In this document: positions 8,218-17,648 of the stretch, piece by piece
Layout of the letters: each line of letters starts with the position of its first letter
How positions within the stretch are numbered: position 1 is the first letter of the stretch
Origin: a virus
Lineage: Duplodnaviria; Caudoviricetes
Strand: one strand, 5' to 3'
IMG/VR virus record: IMGVR_UViG_3300038968_000070
Span: 32,001-96,000 of that record
DNA length: 64,000 nt
The notes under the pieces: model-generated
What the model saw: the letters and a program-made list of their open reading frames with translations, nothing else
What the model was told of the DNA's origin: nothing
Database searches by the model: none
Translations under genes and position numbers: made by a program

Positions 8218-11200
8218 ATGGCGAGCCGTCTGAAGGCCATCTTGAACGTCACCGCGTTGGGCCCCGGCGCCAGCATCACACTCGCGCACGGCCTCAACGT
8301 CAACGGCGCGTCGCGCAAGCCCGACAGGATCGATCGCGGCCTCTTGAGCACGCTGGAATTCAGTGACGTCACGCGGACGACGTTGACGATCACGAACACG
8401 GGCGGTGAAGCTGTCACCGGGCGCGTGCTTGCAGAGACGTGGCACTCTTCCGAGCGCGTCCTGGGCGGTCTTGACGAACTGCCGGGCGGTGCGTTCATCA
8501 CGGGCGGCTCGGGCGAGATCGTCGCCGGCGGCGGTGAAGACCTGTCGCTCGTCGCCACCAGCGACAGCCTGACGACGGCCGAGGACACGCCGCTGGTCAC
8601 GAACGTTCTCGCCAACGACACGACCACGACCGGCGTGCTGTCGGTCCTTTCGTTCCGCGTGCGCGTCAACGGTGACGACCCCGGCGAGACGACGTTCGAC
8701 GCCGGGCAGACCGCGACGATCGCAGGCGTCGGCACGCTTCGTATCAACGCCAACGGCGCGCTCTCGTTCACCCCACTCGCCAACTACGCCGGCGCGGTCC
8801 CGCCCATCTACTACCTCATGACGAACGGTATCGGGGTGCGCCTCGGGACCGTCACGATCACCGTGACGCCGGCGAACGACGCTCCGGTCGCGGTGAACGA
8901 CGCGCGCATCACGCTCGTCAACACGCCGATCACGTTCAATCTCCTCGGCAACGACTACGACCCGGATGACGATACGGTCAGCGTCTCGCACATCGACGCG
9001 GCGCCCGTGGCACCAACCGACACGTTCCCGAAGGCGGGCGGCACGCTCGTCTATGACGGCGATGGGCAGGTCACGTTCACGCCCGCGGCGGACTTCACGG
9101 GCACGGAAACGTTCGACTACACGATCACTGACGGCGACCTGACGGACACGGCGACGATCACCATCCTCGTCGGCGCGGCCAACGAGCCGTTGTTCTCCGC
9201 CGCGGCGCCGATCTCCGGCGCACAAGGCGTCGCCAACTACAACTTCATGTTGACGTACCGCGGGCTGTACGGGCAAGCGTACAACAACGGCGTCAACGTC
9301 ACCGCGCCGCCGTACTCGGCGAACCAGGGCCTCTTCGATCTCAACAACCGCGAGCCCTGGCTCTACGACCGTGCGTCGACGGTCTACGCGCTCTACCTGC
9401 GCACGCAGGACCCGGCGATCCTCGACCAAGCGTTCACGCTCGCCGACCTCTACATGGCCGGCGTCGACGTGACCGCTGGCGGGCTCGGCCGCTTCGTGAT
9501 CGTCGGTGGTGCCGCGGGCGCTGACGTCACCGACATCAAGTACCTCTACCCGATCATCGCGGAGTGGTACGAGAAGGAGAAGCTACGCCTCGGCCTACCG
9601 AACGCCGATGCGCACCGCGCCAAGGGTATCGCGCTCTATCGACAAGCACTCGCGTCGTACTCCAAGACGTACGACCCCAACAGCGCGGCGCTCTGGACCG
9701 AGCGCAACGCCGGCTACGCGATCCAGGCGTGCGTCGCCGCGCACTACCTCTATCGCCGCGCCGGCAGCTTGTCAGCGTCGCTAACCGCGTTGCAGGACGC
9801 GTGGGACTACTTCACGATGGTCGAGGGCATGAGCGCGGCGACCGGCGCGCCGCTCCACGGGCACAACCAACACGAGGGCTCAGCGATCACGACGCCGATC
9901 TCGTCGCCGTGGATGTCGGCGTTCTTCGCCGAGTCGGTCCTCCAGCTCTACCGCGCCGACCCTGACGACCGCATCCTGACGTGGCTCTCGAACTACGGCG
10001 ACTGGATCATCGCGAACGCGATCTACACGACCGACGGCTCCGAGCTGGCGCCGTTGGCCGGGCTCCCGTTGCCGGCGTACCTCGCGGCGAACACCGGCAC
10101 CCCGACGACGTATCGCGAGGGTGAGCTGCTCGACATGGAGCACGCGGCGGACGTCGCCGGACTCATGCGCAAGGTGCTCTGGGCCAAGACCGGGCTGTCA
10201 CTCTCGACGACCGCGGTCGAGACGCTCATCACCGGGCTCGACGCGGCCGCCGTGATCACCTGGGCGTACTGGACGCGCGACACCGAACAGTACCCGCGCT
10301 ACCGCGTGAATCCGCCGCGCAAGGGCGGCTGGTGGTTCCGCAACACGTACTCCGACGAGAGCCTCTTCTTCACCGGGCAGGTTCCGACGTTGCCGTTGGC
10401 GATCACGGCGGTCACCATCGCCGGGTCCTCGCAGCAGGGCGCGACGCTGACGGCGACGCCCGGGTCGTGGGATGGATTCCCGGCGCCGACGGTGACGCAC
10501 CAGTGGTACCGCGGCGCCACGCCGATCGCCGGCGCGACGGCGACGACGTATGACACGGTCGAAGACGACATCGGCGCGGCGATCACCTGTCGTGAGACCG
10601 CGACCAGCGACGGCGGCGAGGCGTCTACGACGTCGAACGCGATCAACATCGTCGCGGCGGGCGCTCCCGAGATCCTCGTCCACCCCGCGAACGTGCAGGG
10701 TGAGGTCGACGGCACCGTCCAGTTCTCCGCCGAGTGCGAGGCGTCGCCGACCGCCGACTTCCAGTGGCAGTACAGCGACGACGGCGGCGTGACGCCGAAC
10801 AACGTGGTCGGTGGCACGGGCGGGTCCGGCAACGGGAACGCGACGACGTACACCACGCCCGCGCTCACGGCGCTGAACAACGGACGCAGGTACCGTTGCG
10901 GGTTCACCAACGCCAACGGAACGGTCTACACCGATTGGGCGACGCTCGCGATGATCGTCGATCAGGGCGCCGCGGAATTCTCGTCGAACACGAGCGGCGC
11001 GATCTTCACGTTCGACATCGGCGACGTCGGCATCTCCGACTTCGTGATCGAGGCGTTGATGTACTTCCCGACCAACAGCGACAACGCGAACTTCCTCGGC
11101 ATCCGCCACTCGACGAACGGTCGCGCGGTCATCATCGGCATGAACAACACGTTCGAGGTCTGGGCGCTCGGCCCACGCGACACGCAAACCGGCCACACCG

Positions 11201-11640
11201 CGTGGCCATCGCAGCCTCCGCCGAATACGTGGGTCCACGTGACGATGCAGTGCACCCCGTCGAGCGGGACCGATCAGGTCCGCGCGACGTGGGCCTTGGC
11301 TGAAGGCCCCGACGACACGCGAACGGTGGCTACCCGCGCGAACGGCGTGGAGAACAGCGTCCAGGGACAACAGGTGTTCGTCGGCGGCGTCGAGACTGGC
11401 CAGGCGAGCCAGGGCGCGATGCGTGTGCAACATGTCCGCGCGCGCACGGGCAACCTCGCCGACGCCGTCGTCGACGGACACCGTCACGATACGGACACGT
11501 CCGGCTGGGCGTACTGGTGGAAGTTCGTCGACGCCGGCGGCGGCGTGCTCGGCGTGCAAGACTTGACCGGCAACGGCCGCACGCCGACGATCACCGGCGG
11601 CAGCTTCGTCGCCGGGCCGGTGGTTCCCGGACCGACGTGA
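8218..11640 (+). CDS. large Ig/cadherin-like repeat protein, putative receptor-binding or spike protein
   Basis: TAEDTP...NVLAND, VTPANDAPVAVND, FDYTITDG repeats; Ig I-set-like domain; C-terminal LamG-like beta region; ATG follows TGGTATGCT. Confidence 0.75.
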   Translation: MASRLKAILNVTALGPGASITLAHGLNVNGASRKPDRIDRGLLSTLEFSDVTRTTLTITNTGGEAVTGRVLAETWHSSERVLGGLDELPGGAFITGGSGEIVAGGGEDLSLVATSDSLTTAEDTPLVTNVLANDTTTTGVLSVLSFRVRVNGDDPGETTFDAGQTATIAGVGTLRINANGALSFTPLANYAGAVPPIYYLMTNGIGVRLGTVTITVTPANDAPVAVNDARITLVNTPITFNLLGNDYDPDDDTVSVSHIDAAPVAPTDTFPKAGGTLVYDGDGQVTFTPAADFTGTETFDYTITDGDLTDTATITILVGAANEPLFSAAAPISGAQGVANYNFMLTYRGLYGQAYNNGVNVTAPPYSANQGLFDLNNREPWLYDRASTVYALYLRTQDPAILDQAFTLADLYMAGVDVTAGGLGRFVIVGGAAGADVTDIKYLYPIIAEWYEKEKLRLGLPNADAHRAKGIALYRQALASYSKTYDPNSAALWTERNAGYAIQACVAAHYLYRRAGSLSASLTALQDAWDYFTMVEGMSAATGAPLHGHNQHEGSAITTPISSPWMSAFFAESVLQLYRADPDDRILTWLSNYGDWIIANAIYTTDGSELAPLAGLPLPAYLAANTGTPTTYREGELLDMEHAADVAGLMRKVLWAKTGLSLSTTAVETLITGLDAAAVITWAYWTRDTEQYPRYRVNPPRKGGWWFRNTYSDESLFFTGQVPTLPLAITAVTIAGSSQQGATLTATPGSWDGFPAPTVTHQWYRGATPIAGATATTYDTVEDDIGAAITCRETATSDGGEASTTSNAINIVAAGAPEILVHPANVQGEVDGTVQFSAECEASPTADFQWQYSDDGGVTPNNVVGGTGGSGNGNATTYTTPALTALNNGRRYRCGFTNANGTVYTDWATLAMIVDQGAAEFSSNTSGAIFTFDIGDVGISDFVIEALMYFPTNSDNANFLGIRHSTNGRAVIIGMNNTFEVWALGPRDTQTGHTAWPSQPPPNTWVHVTMQCTPSSGTDQVRATWALAEGPDDTRTVATRANGVENSVQGQQVFVGGVETGQASQGAMRVQHVRARTGNLADAVVDGHRHDTDTSGWAYWWKFVDAGGGVLGVQDLTGNGRTPTITGGSFVAGPVVPGPT

Positions 11641-11655
11641 GGCGCGCGACGACGA

Positions 11656-12279
11656 CTAGCTCGTCGCCCGCCCCAGCGCAAACCCGACGCCGCCGACGAC
11701 CAACACGACCGCTGCCGGCACCGCCGCGAGCAGCCACGGGTTGCGCATGACGAACGCCGCGCGGTCCATCCACGGCACGGCGTACTTCAGCCCGACGCCG
11801 CTCGCGGGCGTGCTGCCGCTCGGCGTTCCGCCCGAGGAGCCGACCTTCGCCTGCGCGAGCGCGATGATCGTCGCCAGGCGCTCGGCGAACTGCGGGAACG
11901 CCGGGTCCCGGCCGATCTGTTGGACGGTCGCGCTCATCGCCGACGTCACGCTCGCGATCTGCGGCGCCAACGCTGGCGCCTTGGCGAGCAACGCGCTGGC
12001 GTCACGGAGCACGCTCGCGTACTGCGGCGCGGCTTGAAGCAGCGCGGCGATCTCGGCGTTGACGTGGCGTACGAGCGGGGCGAGCTGCGGGCCGTAGGTC
12101 AGCAGGGGGACGACCTTGTTGATCGCCGGCACCGCCGTCGGCGCGATGCGCGCGGCCTGTGTCGCGAAGCTGCCGACGGTCGAGAGCACCGCGGGCGCCG
12201 TGCCGATGACCTGCTTGATGTCGGCTGCGGTGACGGCGGGGGCACCCACGGCGCCGAGGTGGACCGACTGCGTGATCAT
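11656..12279 (-). CDS. Ala-rich protein with C-terminal TM helix
   Basis: PWLLAAVPAAVVLVVGGVGFALG. Confidence 0.65.
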   Translation of the reverse strand: MITQSVHLGAVGAPAVTAADIKQVIGTAPAVLSTVGSFATQAARIAPTAVPAINKVVPLLTYGPQLAPLVRHVNAEIAALLQAAPQYASVLRDASALLAKAPALAPQIASVTSAMSATVQQIGRDPAFPQFAERLATIIALAQAKVGSSGGTPSGSTPASGVGLKYAVPWMDRAAFVMRNPWLLAAVPAAVVLVVGGVGFALGRATS

Positions 12280-12292
12280 GTCGACGAGCGTA

Positions 12293-12508
12293 TCATGCGG
12301 CGCGGTGCCGCGGAGCGGCCACCGCCGCCCGTCGGATGTCGCGGCGCGCATTCTGGAACGACCGCCAGTCGCCGGGCGTACTCGCGACGACGACGCGCCA
12401 GCCGCTTGGGTGGATGATCCGGTAGTGATTGTTCTTGGTCCGTTCGACGGTCGCGCCGTACTCGCGAGCTAGCTCGTCGAGCTTCCGGCGCCATTCTAGG
12501 GCGTTCAC
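12293..12508 (-). CDS. HicA-like small protein
   Basis: G.TVERTKNNHYRIIHPSG..VVVASTPGDWRS pattern. Confidence 0.6.
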   Translation of the reverse strand: MNALEWRRKLDELAREYGATVERTKNNHYRIIHPSGWRVVVASTPGDWRSFQNARRDIRRAAVAAPRHRAA

Positions 12509-12903
12509 GATCGGGGCTCCTTCGCCTTCACGCGCGCTTCGTTACGACGCGCTTGTTCCTCCGTCGCCGCGGCGACGATGTTGTGCCACGTCTCCCAGCT
12601 CGCTTCGTCGTGCGTATCGACCGCGGCGAGCGCGCGGGCGCACGTGGTGAGCAAGTCCACATCGGTGATGACGGCGAACGCCCGCTGTACGAAGTCGGGG
12701 GTGTACGCCCACCCGGAACCGCCGAACGGACCGTTGGCCGCGCGGTCACCGCAGCCGCACTCGCAGTCGTCGCGGCAGTCGTCCATGCTGTCACCCCATT
12801 CCCACGCGTCGGTGTCGCACCACAGCTCGATGCCTTCGTAGACGGTCTCGCGCGCGAGCGCCGCGTCTATGTGCTCGCGCTTGTCGTCGCGCTGCCAGCT
12901 CAT
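12505..12903 (-). CDS. DAAIDEQDRR-family paralog (Cys/Asp-rich N-terminus)
   Basis: ITDVDL...HNIVAAATEEQARR. Confidence 0.6.
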   Translation of the reverse strand: MSWQRDDKREHIDAALARETVYEGIELWCDTDAWEWGDSMDDCRDDCECGCGDRAANGPFGGSGWAYTPDFVQRAFAVITDVDLLTTCARALAAVDTHDEASWETWHNIVAAATEEQARRNEARVKAKEPRS

Positions 12904-13292
12904 GGCGCTACGCCCTCGCGCCGGGCTTGCTCGTCGCGGACAGCGTCGAGCACGTTGTGAAGCGCCGCCCAGCCGTCAGGTTGGCTCGTGTCGGTGGCGG
13001 CGACGACGTTGTGGACGAGCGTCGCCAAGTCGGCGGCCACCGCAGGCGCCTGCGGCAGCTCGTCCTGAAGGTCGCTCACGGCCCAGATGTGCTTGCACGC
13101 GTTGATGCGCAGCTTTCGGTGATCAGGACACGTGCAGGTCCACGCCGGCTCGAACGGGTCATACTTCACGACGTAGCCGCCGACGCCTTTCGCCGACGGG
13201 ACGAGCCACGTCAGGATCGTGATCGTGCGGACACTCTTCGCGCGGCGGAGCTGTTGCGCGAGGAGCCTCCCGCGGGTCTCTCGAAGGTTCAT
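12900..13292 (-). CDS. SWIM zinc finger fused to DAAIDEQDRR module
   Basis: CTCPD...CKHIWAV; HNVLDAVRDEQARR. Confidence 0.7.
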   Translation of the reverse strand: MNLRETRGRLLAQQLRRAKSVRTITILTWLVPSAKGVGGYVVKYDPFEPAWTCTCPDHRKLRINACKHIWAVSDLQDELPQAPAVAADLATLVHNVVAATDTSQPDGWAALHNVLDAVRDEQARREGVAP

Positions 13293-14896
13293 TCGCCGAA
13301 CACCTGCGCAGCTTCGTCGCTGCCGCCCCACTTCCGCGCGTTCTGTGGCGTTTCGTAGAGGCGCTGTAGGATCTTGTTCGCGACCTTTGTCGGGATCGTC
13401 TTGCCGCGCTCGTTACGGATATGGAACGCGAGCGACTCGTTGCTCTCGTACGCGCCGCGGGGACTACGGCCGTTGATGACGTCGAGCGTGTGCTTCACCA
13501 ACTCGCGCCCTACCGGCGTCGCGAAGCCGGCGTCGACGAGCACCGGGCCCCGACCGCGCACGAGCACCCAGCTATCGGGCTTGCGCTCGGGGGATAAGAA
13601 GCCGTAGGGCTCCATCGTCTTCTCGATGTCACGATGGAGATCGTAGACCTTGTGCTCCTGCGACCACTTGATGCGCTCACCGCGCACGCACTCGCGCACG
13701 ATGACGTTGTGCTTCGCGTCGTAGCGCTTGAACTTGGCGACGTGCTCTTTCACGCCGGGCACCTGCGTCGCCTTCCTGAAAAACTGCGCCTCGTCCGCGA
13801 GACTGTTAGCCCCGCGCCCGACCTTGTACGCCGTCTGCGTCGGGTCGCAGAAGACGATGCCCTCGGCGCCGGCGCCGATGTACTCCAGCGGTGCTTTGGC
13901 GCCTGCGGCGAGCGCGCGTTCCACAGCGCCGTCGATCTCGGGCTCGATGACACGGTGCACGTGCTGCCGCTCGGACGCTGGGAGGGCTTCCGGGCCACGC
14001 AGCTTGACGTCGCCTCGCTGATCGATCCAGTCCTTCACGGCAGCGAGCGCTTCACGCTTCGAGCTGAACCAGTCCTCGCCGCCCTCGTTGTCAGCGGGGA
14101 TACGCCAGTACCACGCCTGGTGTCCCTGAACCTTGACCAGCTCGAACGCGTGGCCACGGTGGGTTCCGGTGTAGAACCCCGTGCCTTCACGCTTGGTCAC
14201 GCCACGACCGGCGATGCCCGCGAGTCGTCGCCGTCGACGCACGTACACCGCCGCGCCGATCAACCCGGCCGCGGCGACCGCCGCCGTCACCGGCACCGGC
14301 CACCACGCTCGGAGCTTGGGCGACGCGCTGCCCCAGATCGGCACGCGGTGCGCGAGCACGGCGGCGGCGAGGCGTTGGCCGGCGACCTGCGCCCCGGCGC
14401 TCGTGAAGTGCACGAGGTCGGCGCTACGTGCCGGCGGCGACACCTGATCGCCGCTCAGCGCCCGCCAGTCGATGACGTTCCCCGCACCGAAGACGCGCCC
14501 GAGCGTGTCGTAGACGACGACGGACTCACGCGCGTGATCGGCGCGGCTGAAGGCCGGTGGGCCGATGGCGTAGACCTTGGCCCCGCCCGTGGTGAACGCG
14601 TCGCGGATGCGCGTGAACGCGGCGGCGTCGGCCTGGGCGTTCAAGCCCATGTCGTTGGTTCCCAGCACGACGAGGACGATATCAGGACGGTACGACACTT
14701 CGGCGGCGATCACCGCCGCGCCGTTCTCACCGTTCTTACCTGAGAACAGGTTCACGGCGCTACGGGAAACGCGACCGTTTCGACGGACGATGGCGCCGGC
14801 GTCGCGCAGGCGGGCGGCGAGGACCCCACCCGGCGCGCCGTCGCTCGCGCTGAGGCTGTCGCCGAAGACGAGGACTTTCTTGCCGCGGACGTCCAT
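13289..14896 (-). CDS. SGNH/GDSL hydrolase - TM - kinase-like fusion protein
   Basis: FGDSLS, LGTND, DLVH; TM helix; YIGAGAEGIVF..AYKV...VLVDAG. Confidence 0.75.
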   Translation of the reverse strand: MDVRGKKVLVFGDSLSASDGAPGGVLAARLRDAGAIVRRNGRVSRSAVNLFSGKNGENGAAVIAAEVSYRPDIVLVVLGTNDMGLNAQADAAAFTRIRDAFTTGGAKVYAIGPPAFSRADHARESVVVYDTLGRVFGAGNVIDWRALSGDQVSPPARSADLVHFTSAGAQVAGQRLAAAVLAHRVPIWGSASPKLRAWWPVPVTAAVAAAGLIGAAVYVRRRRRLAGIAGRGVTKREGTGFYTGTHRGHAFELVKVQGHQAWYWRIPADNEGGEDWFSSKREALAAVKDWIDQRGDVKLRGPEALPASERQHVHRVIEPEIDGAVERALAAGAKAPLEYIGAGAEGIVFCDPTQTAYKVGRGANSLADEAQFFRKATQVPGVKEHVAKFKRYDAKHNVIVRECVRGERIKWSQEHKVYDLHRDIEKTMEPYGFLSPERKPDSWVLVRGRGPVLVDAGFATPVGRELVKHTLDVINGRSPRGAYESNESLAFHIRNERGKTIPTKVANKILQRLYETPQNARKWGGSDEAAQVFGE

Positions 14897-14954
14897 CGAG
14901 GGGTTCCCAAGACCACTCTAGCGCACACCCTCAACGTGGTGTTAGTCTTAGCGA

Positions 14955-15275
14955 ATGGCGAAGCGATCGTGCGCCCGTGAACTGAAATCCGACAGCTTCG
15001 GGCGGCTGCTCAGGGTCCGTGGCCCCGCCGTACGTCTCGTCGAGCTGCCCGTCGGCGCCGAGGGGAGGCATGGCCCGATCACCAAGTACACACCCGAGTG
15101 GGCGCGGTTGGTGAACGAACCCGTCAAGGCGTGTGTCACGCTCGAACGCCCACGGCAGTCGGGACACGACATCGAGGGGTACGTCCGGATCAACGGGAAG
15201 CGCCACAGCGCGTTCACGAGCGGCGGCGTCGACGACTTCGTGATTGTCGTCCGTGGGCTCGGGCGCAAACCGTGA
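14955..15275 (+). CDS. hypothetical basic protein
   Basis: Divergent ORF after TGTTAGTCT. Confidence 0.55.
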   Translation: MAKRSCARELKSDSFGRLLRVRGPAVRLVELPVGAEGRHGPITKYTPEWARLVNEPVKACVTLERPRQSGHDIEGYVRINGKRHSAFTSGGVDDFVIVVRGLGRKP

Positions 15276-15468
15276 CCTGCCTATGCTGCGGCAAGCCCCG
15301 GGACACGACCGGCGGCTGCATGAACTGCCTGTCGAAGACGTACTGCGGCACGTGCCGCGCGCAGATCGGGTGTAGCTGCGGCGACGTCACGCACGAGCAC
15401 CGCTGTCCGAACGTGGTGATCGTCACGACGGTCTTCCCCGCGCACCCAGGGCTCATCAAGGTCGATCT

Positions 15469-15924
15469 ATGACCGCCGTCAAGCTCGGCGACGGCGCCGT
15501 CGTCAGCCTCTCCGATTGGGTCGACGACAAGCTCTACGGCGTCGTCGCCGTCATCGAGCGCCCACGGCCGCCGAAGACCGGCGACCCGACGCGCTGGCCC
15601 GACATCGCGAGCTGGCGCGACAACGGAAGTCGTGTCTGGCGAAACGGCCCCGAGATCTGCGACGTCGTCGGGCTTCGAGACAGTGATCTCGTCACCGTCG
15701 TGACGCAAGCGTTCGACACGTACGACTACCTCGACGACCGCGGCGCGCGCGATCAGATCCCGTACGACGCCGTCGTCGAAGCCGAGTGGGTGCTCGCGAA
15801 CGTCCTTGACGCAGCCGTCGACGAGCAACGTCGCCGCGACGGTCTACCCGATCGTGGGCCGCGGCCGGAGCCGTCGCCCGTCGAGCCCTTTACCGTCGGC
15901 GTTGCTCAGCGAGTGCCGCTCTGA
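15469..15924 (+). CDS. DAAIDEQDRR-family paralog with N-terminus resembling 16204..16947
   Basis: GDPTRWPD...GLRDSDL...NVLDAAVDEQRRR. Confidence 0.7.
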   Translation: MTAVKLGDGAVVSLSDWVDDKLYGVVAVIERPRPPKTGDPTRWPDIASWRDNGSRVWRNGPEICDVVGLRDSDLVTVVTQAFDTYDYLDDRGARDQIPYDAVVEAEWVLANVLDAAVDEQRRRDGLPDRGPRPEPSPVEPFTVGVAQRVPL

Positions 15925-16204
15925 CCGTGTTCTCGAAGACGTCGACGTCTTCTCGGCGCGCCGCGTCGATCGATCGCCCCGCGTTCGTGATCGCGCTTCG
16001 GAGGTCTTCGTCGACGATACCCATCAGCGTGAGCAAGAGCTTGAGGTCGTTGACCGGTGCACGGAACGCCAGGACGTCGGGCCACTGCTCTTTGTCGTAC
16101 GCCGGGTCGGCCCACGCGGCGAGCTTGTAGATCCGCGCGCACGTCGCGCGGTCTTTCATGAAGGTCTCGTAGACGTCGCGTCCGATCGGCCGCACTTCGC
16201 TCAT
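15890..16204 (-). CDS. DAAIDEQDRR-family paralog
   Basis: GIVDEDLRSAITNAGR...NTVRAALAEQRRR. Confidence 0.65.
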   Translation of the reverse strand: MSEVRPIGRDVYETFMKDRATCARIYKLAAWADPAYDKEQWPDVLAFRAPVNDLKLLLTLMGIVDEDLRSAITNAGRSIDAARREDVDVFENTVRAALAEQRRR

Positions 16205-16947
16205 CAGTGCACCGGCTCCTTCCACAAGCCGCTCAGGTAGACCCGCACGGTCATGTCGACGCCGAGGTGCGCGAGCGTCACCGCGAGCGCGTCGCACGCC
16301 GGCCGGTGCTGCGGCTCGACGATGCCGGCGAAGCTCAAGTTCTCTCGCACGCGGATCGGTATCACGAACGTCCGCCCCATGTACGCTTTGTCGAGCTGGT
16401 CGTGCGTACGCCCCGGCGCGCCGGGCGGTGGCTGCGGTTGCCGCGGACCAGGCGCACGACCGATGCCCGCCGGCGGCGCCATCGACGGTGCGCCGGGGAT
16501 CTCTTCCTCGGGCGGCTTGAGCGGCGTCACGCGGAGCAAATCAGCCAACGTCGAGACGGCGCGGGTCTTCTGGTTGTAGTCAAAGCGCACCGCCGTCGTC
16601 TCGAAGAAAACCTGCGCGGCGTCACTCTCGATCACCTCACGCGGCGCTACGACGGCGGCGCGCCAGGCGAAGACGAGAAACTCGAAGGCCTGCGGTAGCC
16701 CCATGTGGCCGGGGCGCGGGAGCGACGAGTCGGTCCACGTTGCGATCCGGCCCGACCCGGAGACCGTCTGCGAGCGCGCATAGCTAAACGCGTCGCGCGG
16801 TGTGCTGTAGAAGTCACCGACGCGCGGGACGAAGTCGACGCTACCCCACTGATCGCGATCGGACCAGTCCGCGACGGCGATGACCGTCCCGTCGGGCAGC
16901 CGGAGCGTTGTCGTCCCCGGTGCGATGCCTACGGTGCCGTTGCCCAT
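16204..16947 (-). CDS. beta-rich protein, possible jelly-roll capsid-type protein
   Basis: Alternating beta patterns (GLPQAFEFLVFAW, IPIRVRENLSF, VRVYLSG); own promoter box; fold is inferred. Confidence 0.5.
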   Translation of the reverse strand: MGNGTVGIAPGTTTLRLPDGTVIAVADWSDRDQWGSVDFVPRVGDFYSTPRDAFSYARSQTVSGSGRIATWTDSSLPRPGHMGLPQAFEFLVFAWRAAVVAPREVIESDAAQVFFETTAVRFDYNQKTRAVSTLADLLRVTPLKPPEEEIPGAPSMAPPAGIGRAPGPRQPQPPPGAPGRTHDQLDKAYMGRTFVIPIRVRENLSFAGIVEPQHRPACDALAVTLAHLGVDMTVRVYLSGLWKEPVH

Positions 16948-16955
16948 GCTCGTTT

Positions 16956-16978
16956 GTCATATCAGAACCCTCCGACAG
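16956..16978 (-). promoter_or_regulatory. phage promoter box
   Basis: CTGTCGGAGG-GTTCTG-A-TATGAC, 8 nt before ATG 16947. Confidence 0.6.
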
Positions 16979-16984
16979 AACCGG

Positions 16985-17007
16985 CTGTCGGAGGGGCGTG
17001 ATAGACT
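16985..17007 (+). promoter_or_regulatory. phage promoter box (antisense-facing)
   Basis: CTGTCGGAGG-GGCGTG-A-TAGACT. Confidence 0.5.
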
Positions 17008-17379
17008 CTAGAACCGCTTCTTGATCGCGCCGTAGCCCCGGTACGCGAGCGTCCCGGCCGCGAACGCGAGGATGCCCCACCCGATCGCGCTCGCCGTGAA
17101 GTCCGCGAGCGGGCTTGGCGCGTCGCCGCTGCCCTCGCTCCACACGTCGCCGACGGGGCCCGCCAGCGCAGGGCCGGTCAGCCACTTCCCGCGATCGTCG
17201 GCGCCCTTGAGGGGCGTGTCGGCGCAGCCGCAGATCGTGCGACCGTCCTGCGTTTCGGGCCAACACCCCGACGGACACGTGGCGTACGCCGCCGTGCGCG
17301 CGCGCCGCGTGAACGTACGACCGAGGAAGCGGCTGATCGCGCCGCTACGGGCGCCATCGAGCGTGATGGTGGTGGGCAT
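17008..17379 (-). CDS. small membrane-anchored protein
   Basis: C-terminal TM helix plus KKR. Confidence 0.6.
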   Translation of the reverse strand: MPTTITLDGARSGAISRFLGRTFTRRARTAAYATCPSGCWPETQDGRTICGCADTPLKGADDRGKWLTGPALAGPVGDVWSEGSGDAPSPLADFTASAIGWGILAFAAGTLAYRGYGAIKKRF

Positions 17380-17420
17380 GTCCTGTAGCTTACGCTACCG
17401 CTCGGCCAAGCTCAATCAGG

Positions 17421-17443
17421 CTGTCGGAGGGGTCTGGTAAGCT
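17421..17443 (+). promoter_or_regulatory. phage promoter box
   Basis: CTGTCGGAGG-GGTCTG-G-TAAGCT. Confidence 0.6.
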
Positions 17444-17453
17444 CGACAGCGCC

Positions 17454-17648
17454 ATGGCCACCATCGAGATCTACAAGGACAAGCGAGGTGAATTCCGCTG
17501 GCGTGCGACGTTCCGGGGACGGACCCTCGCTGACTCGGGGGAGGGGTACAAGCGACGCGCGACCGTGCACGGCGCGCTGAGGCGCGTCTTTGGGTACGAC
17601 TACACGGTCTACTACCGCGTCAAGGACATGACGCGACCGCGCCCATGA
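17454..17648 (+). CDS. DUF1508/YegP-like protein
   Basis: IEIYKDKRGEFRWR...LADSGEGY. Confidence 0.75.
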   Translation: MATIEIYKDKRGEFRWRATFRGRTLADSGEGYKRRATVHGALRRVFGYDYTVYYRVKDMTRPRP

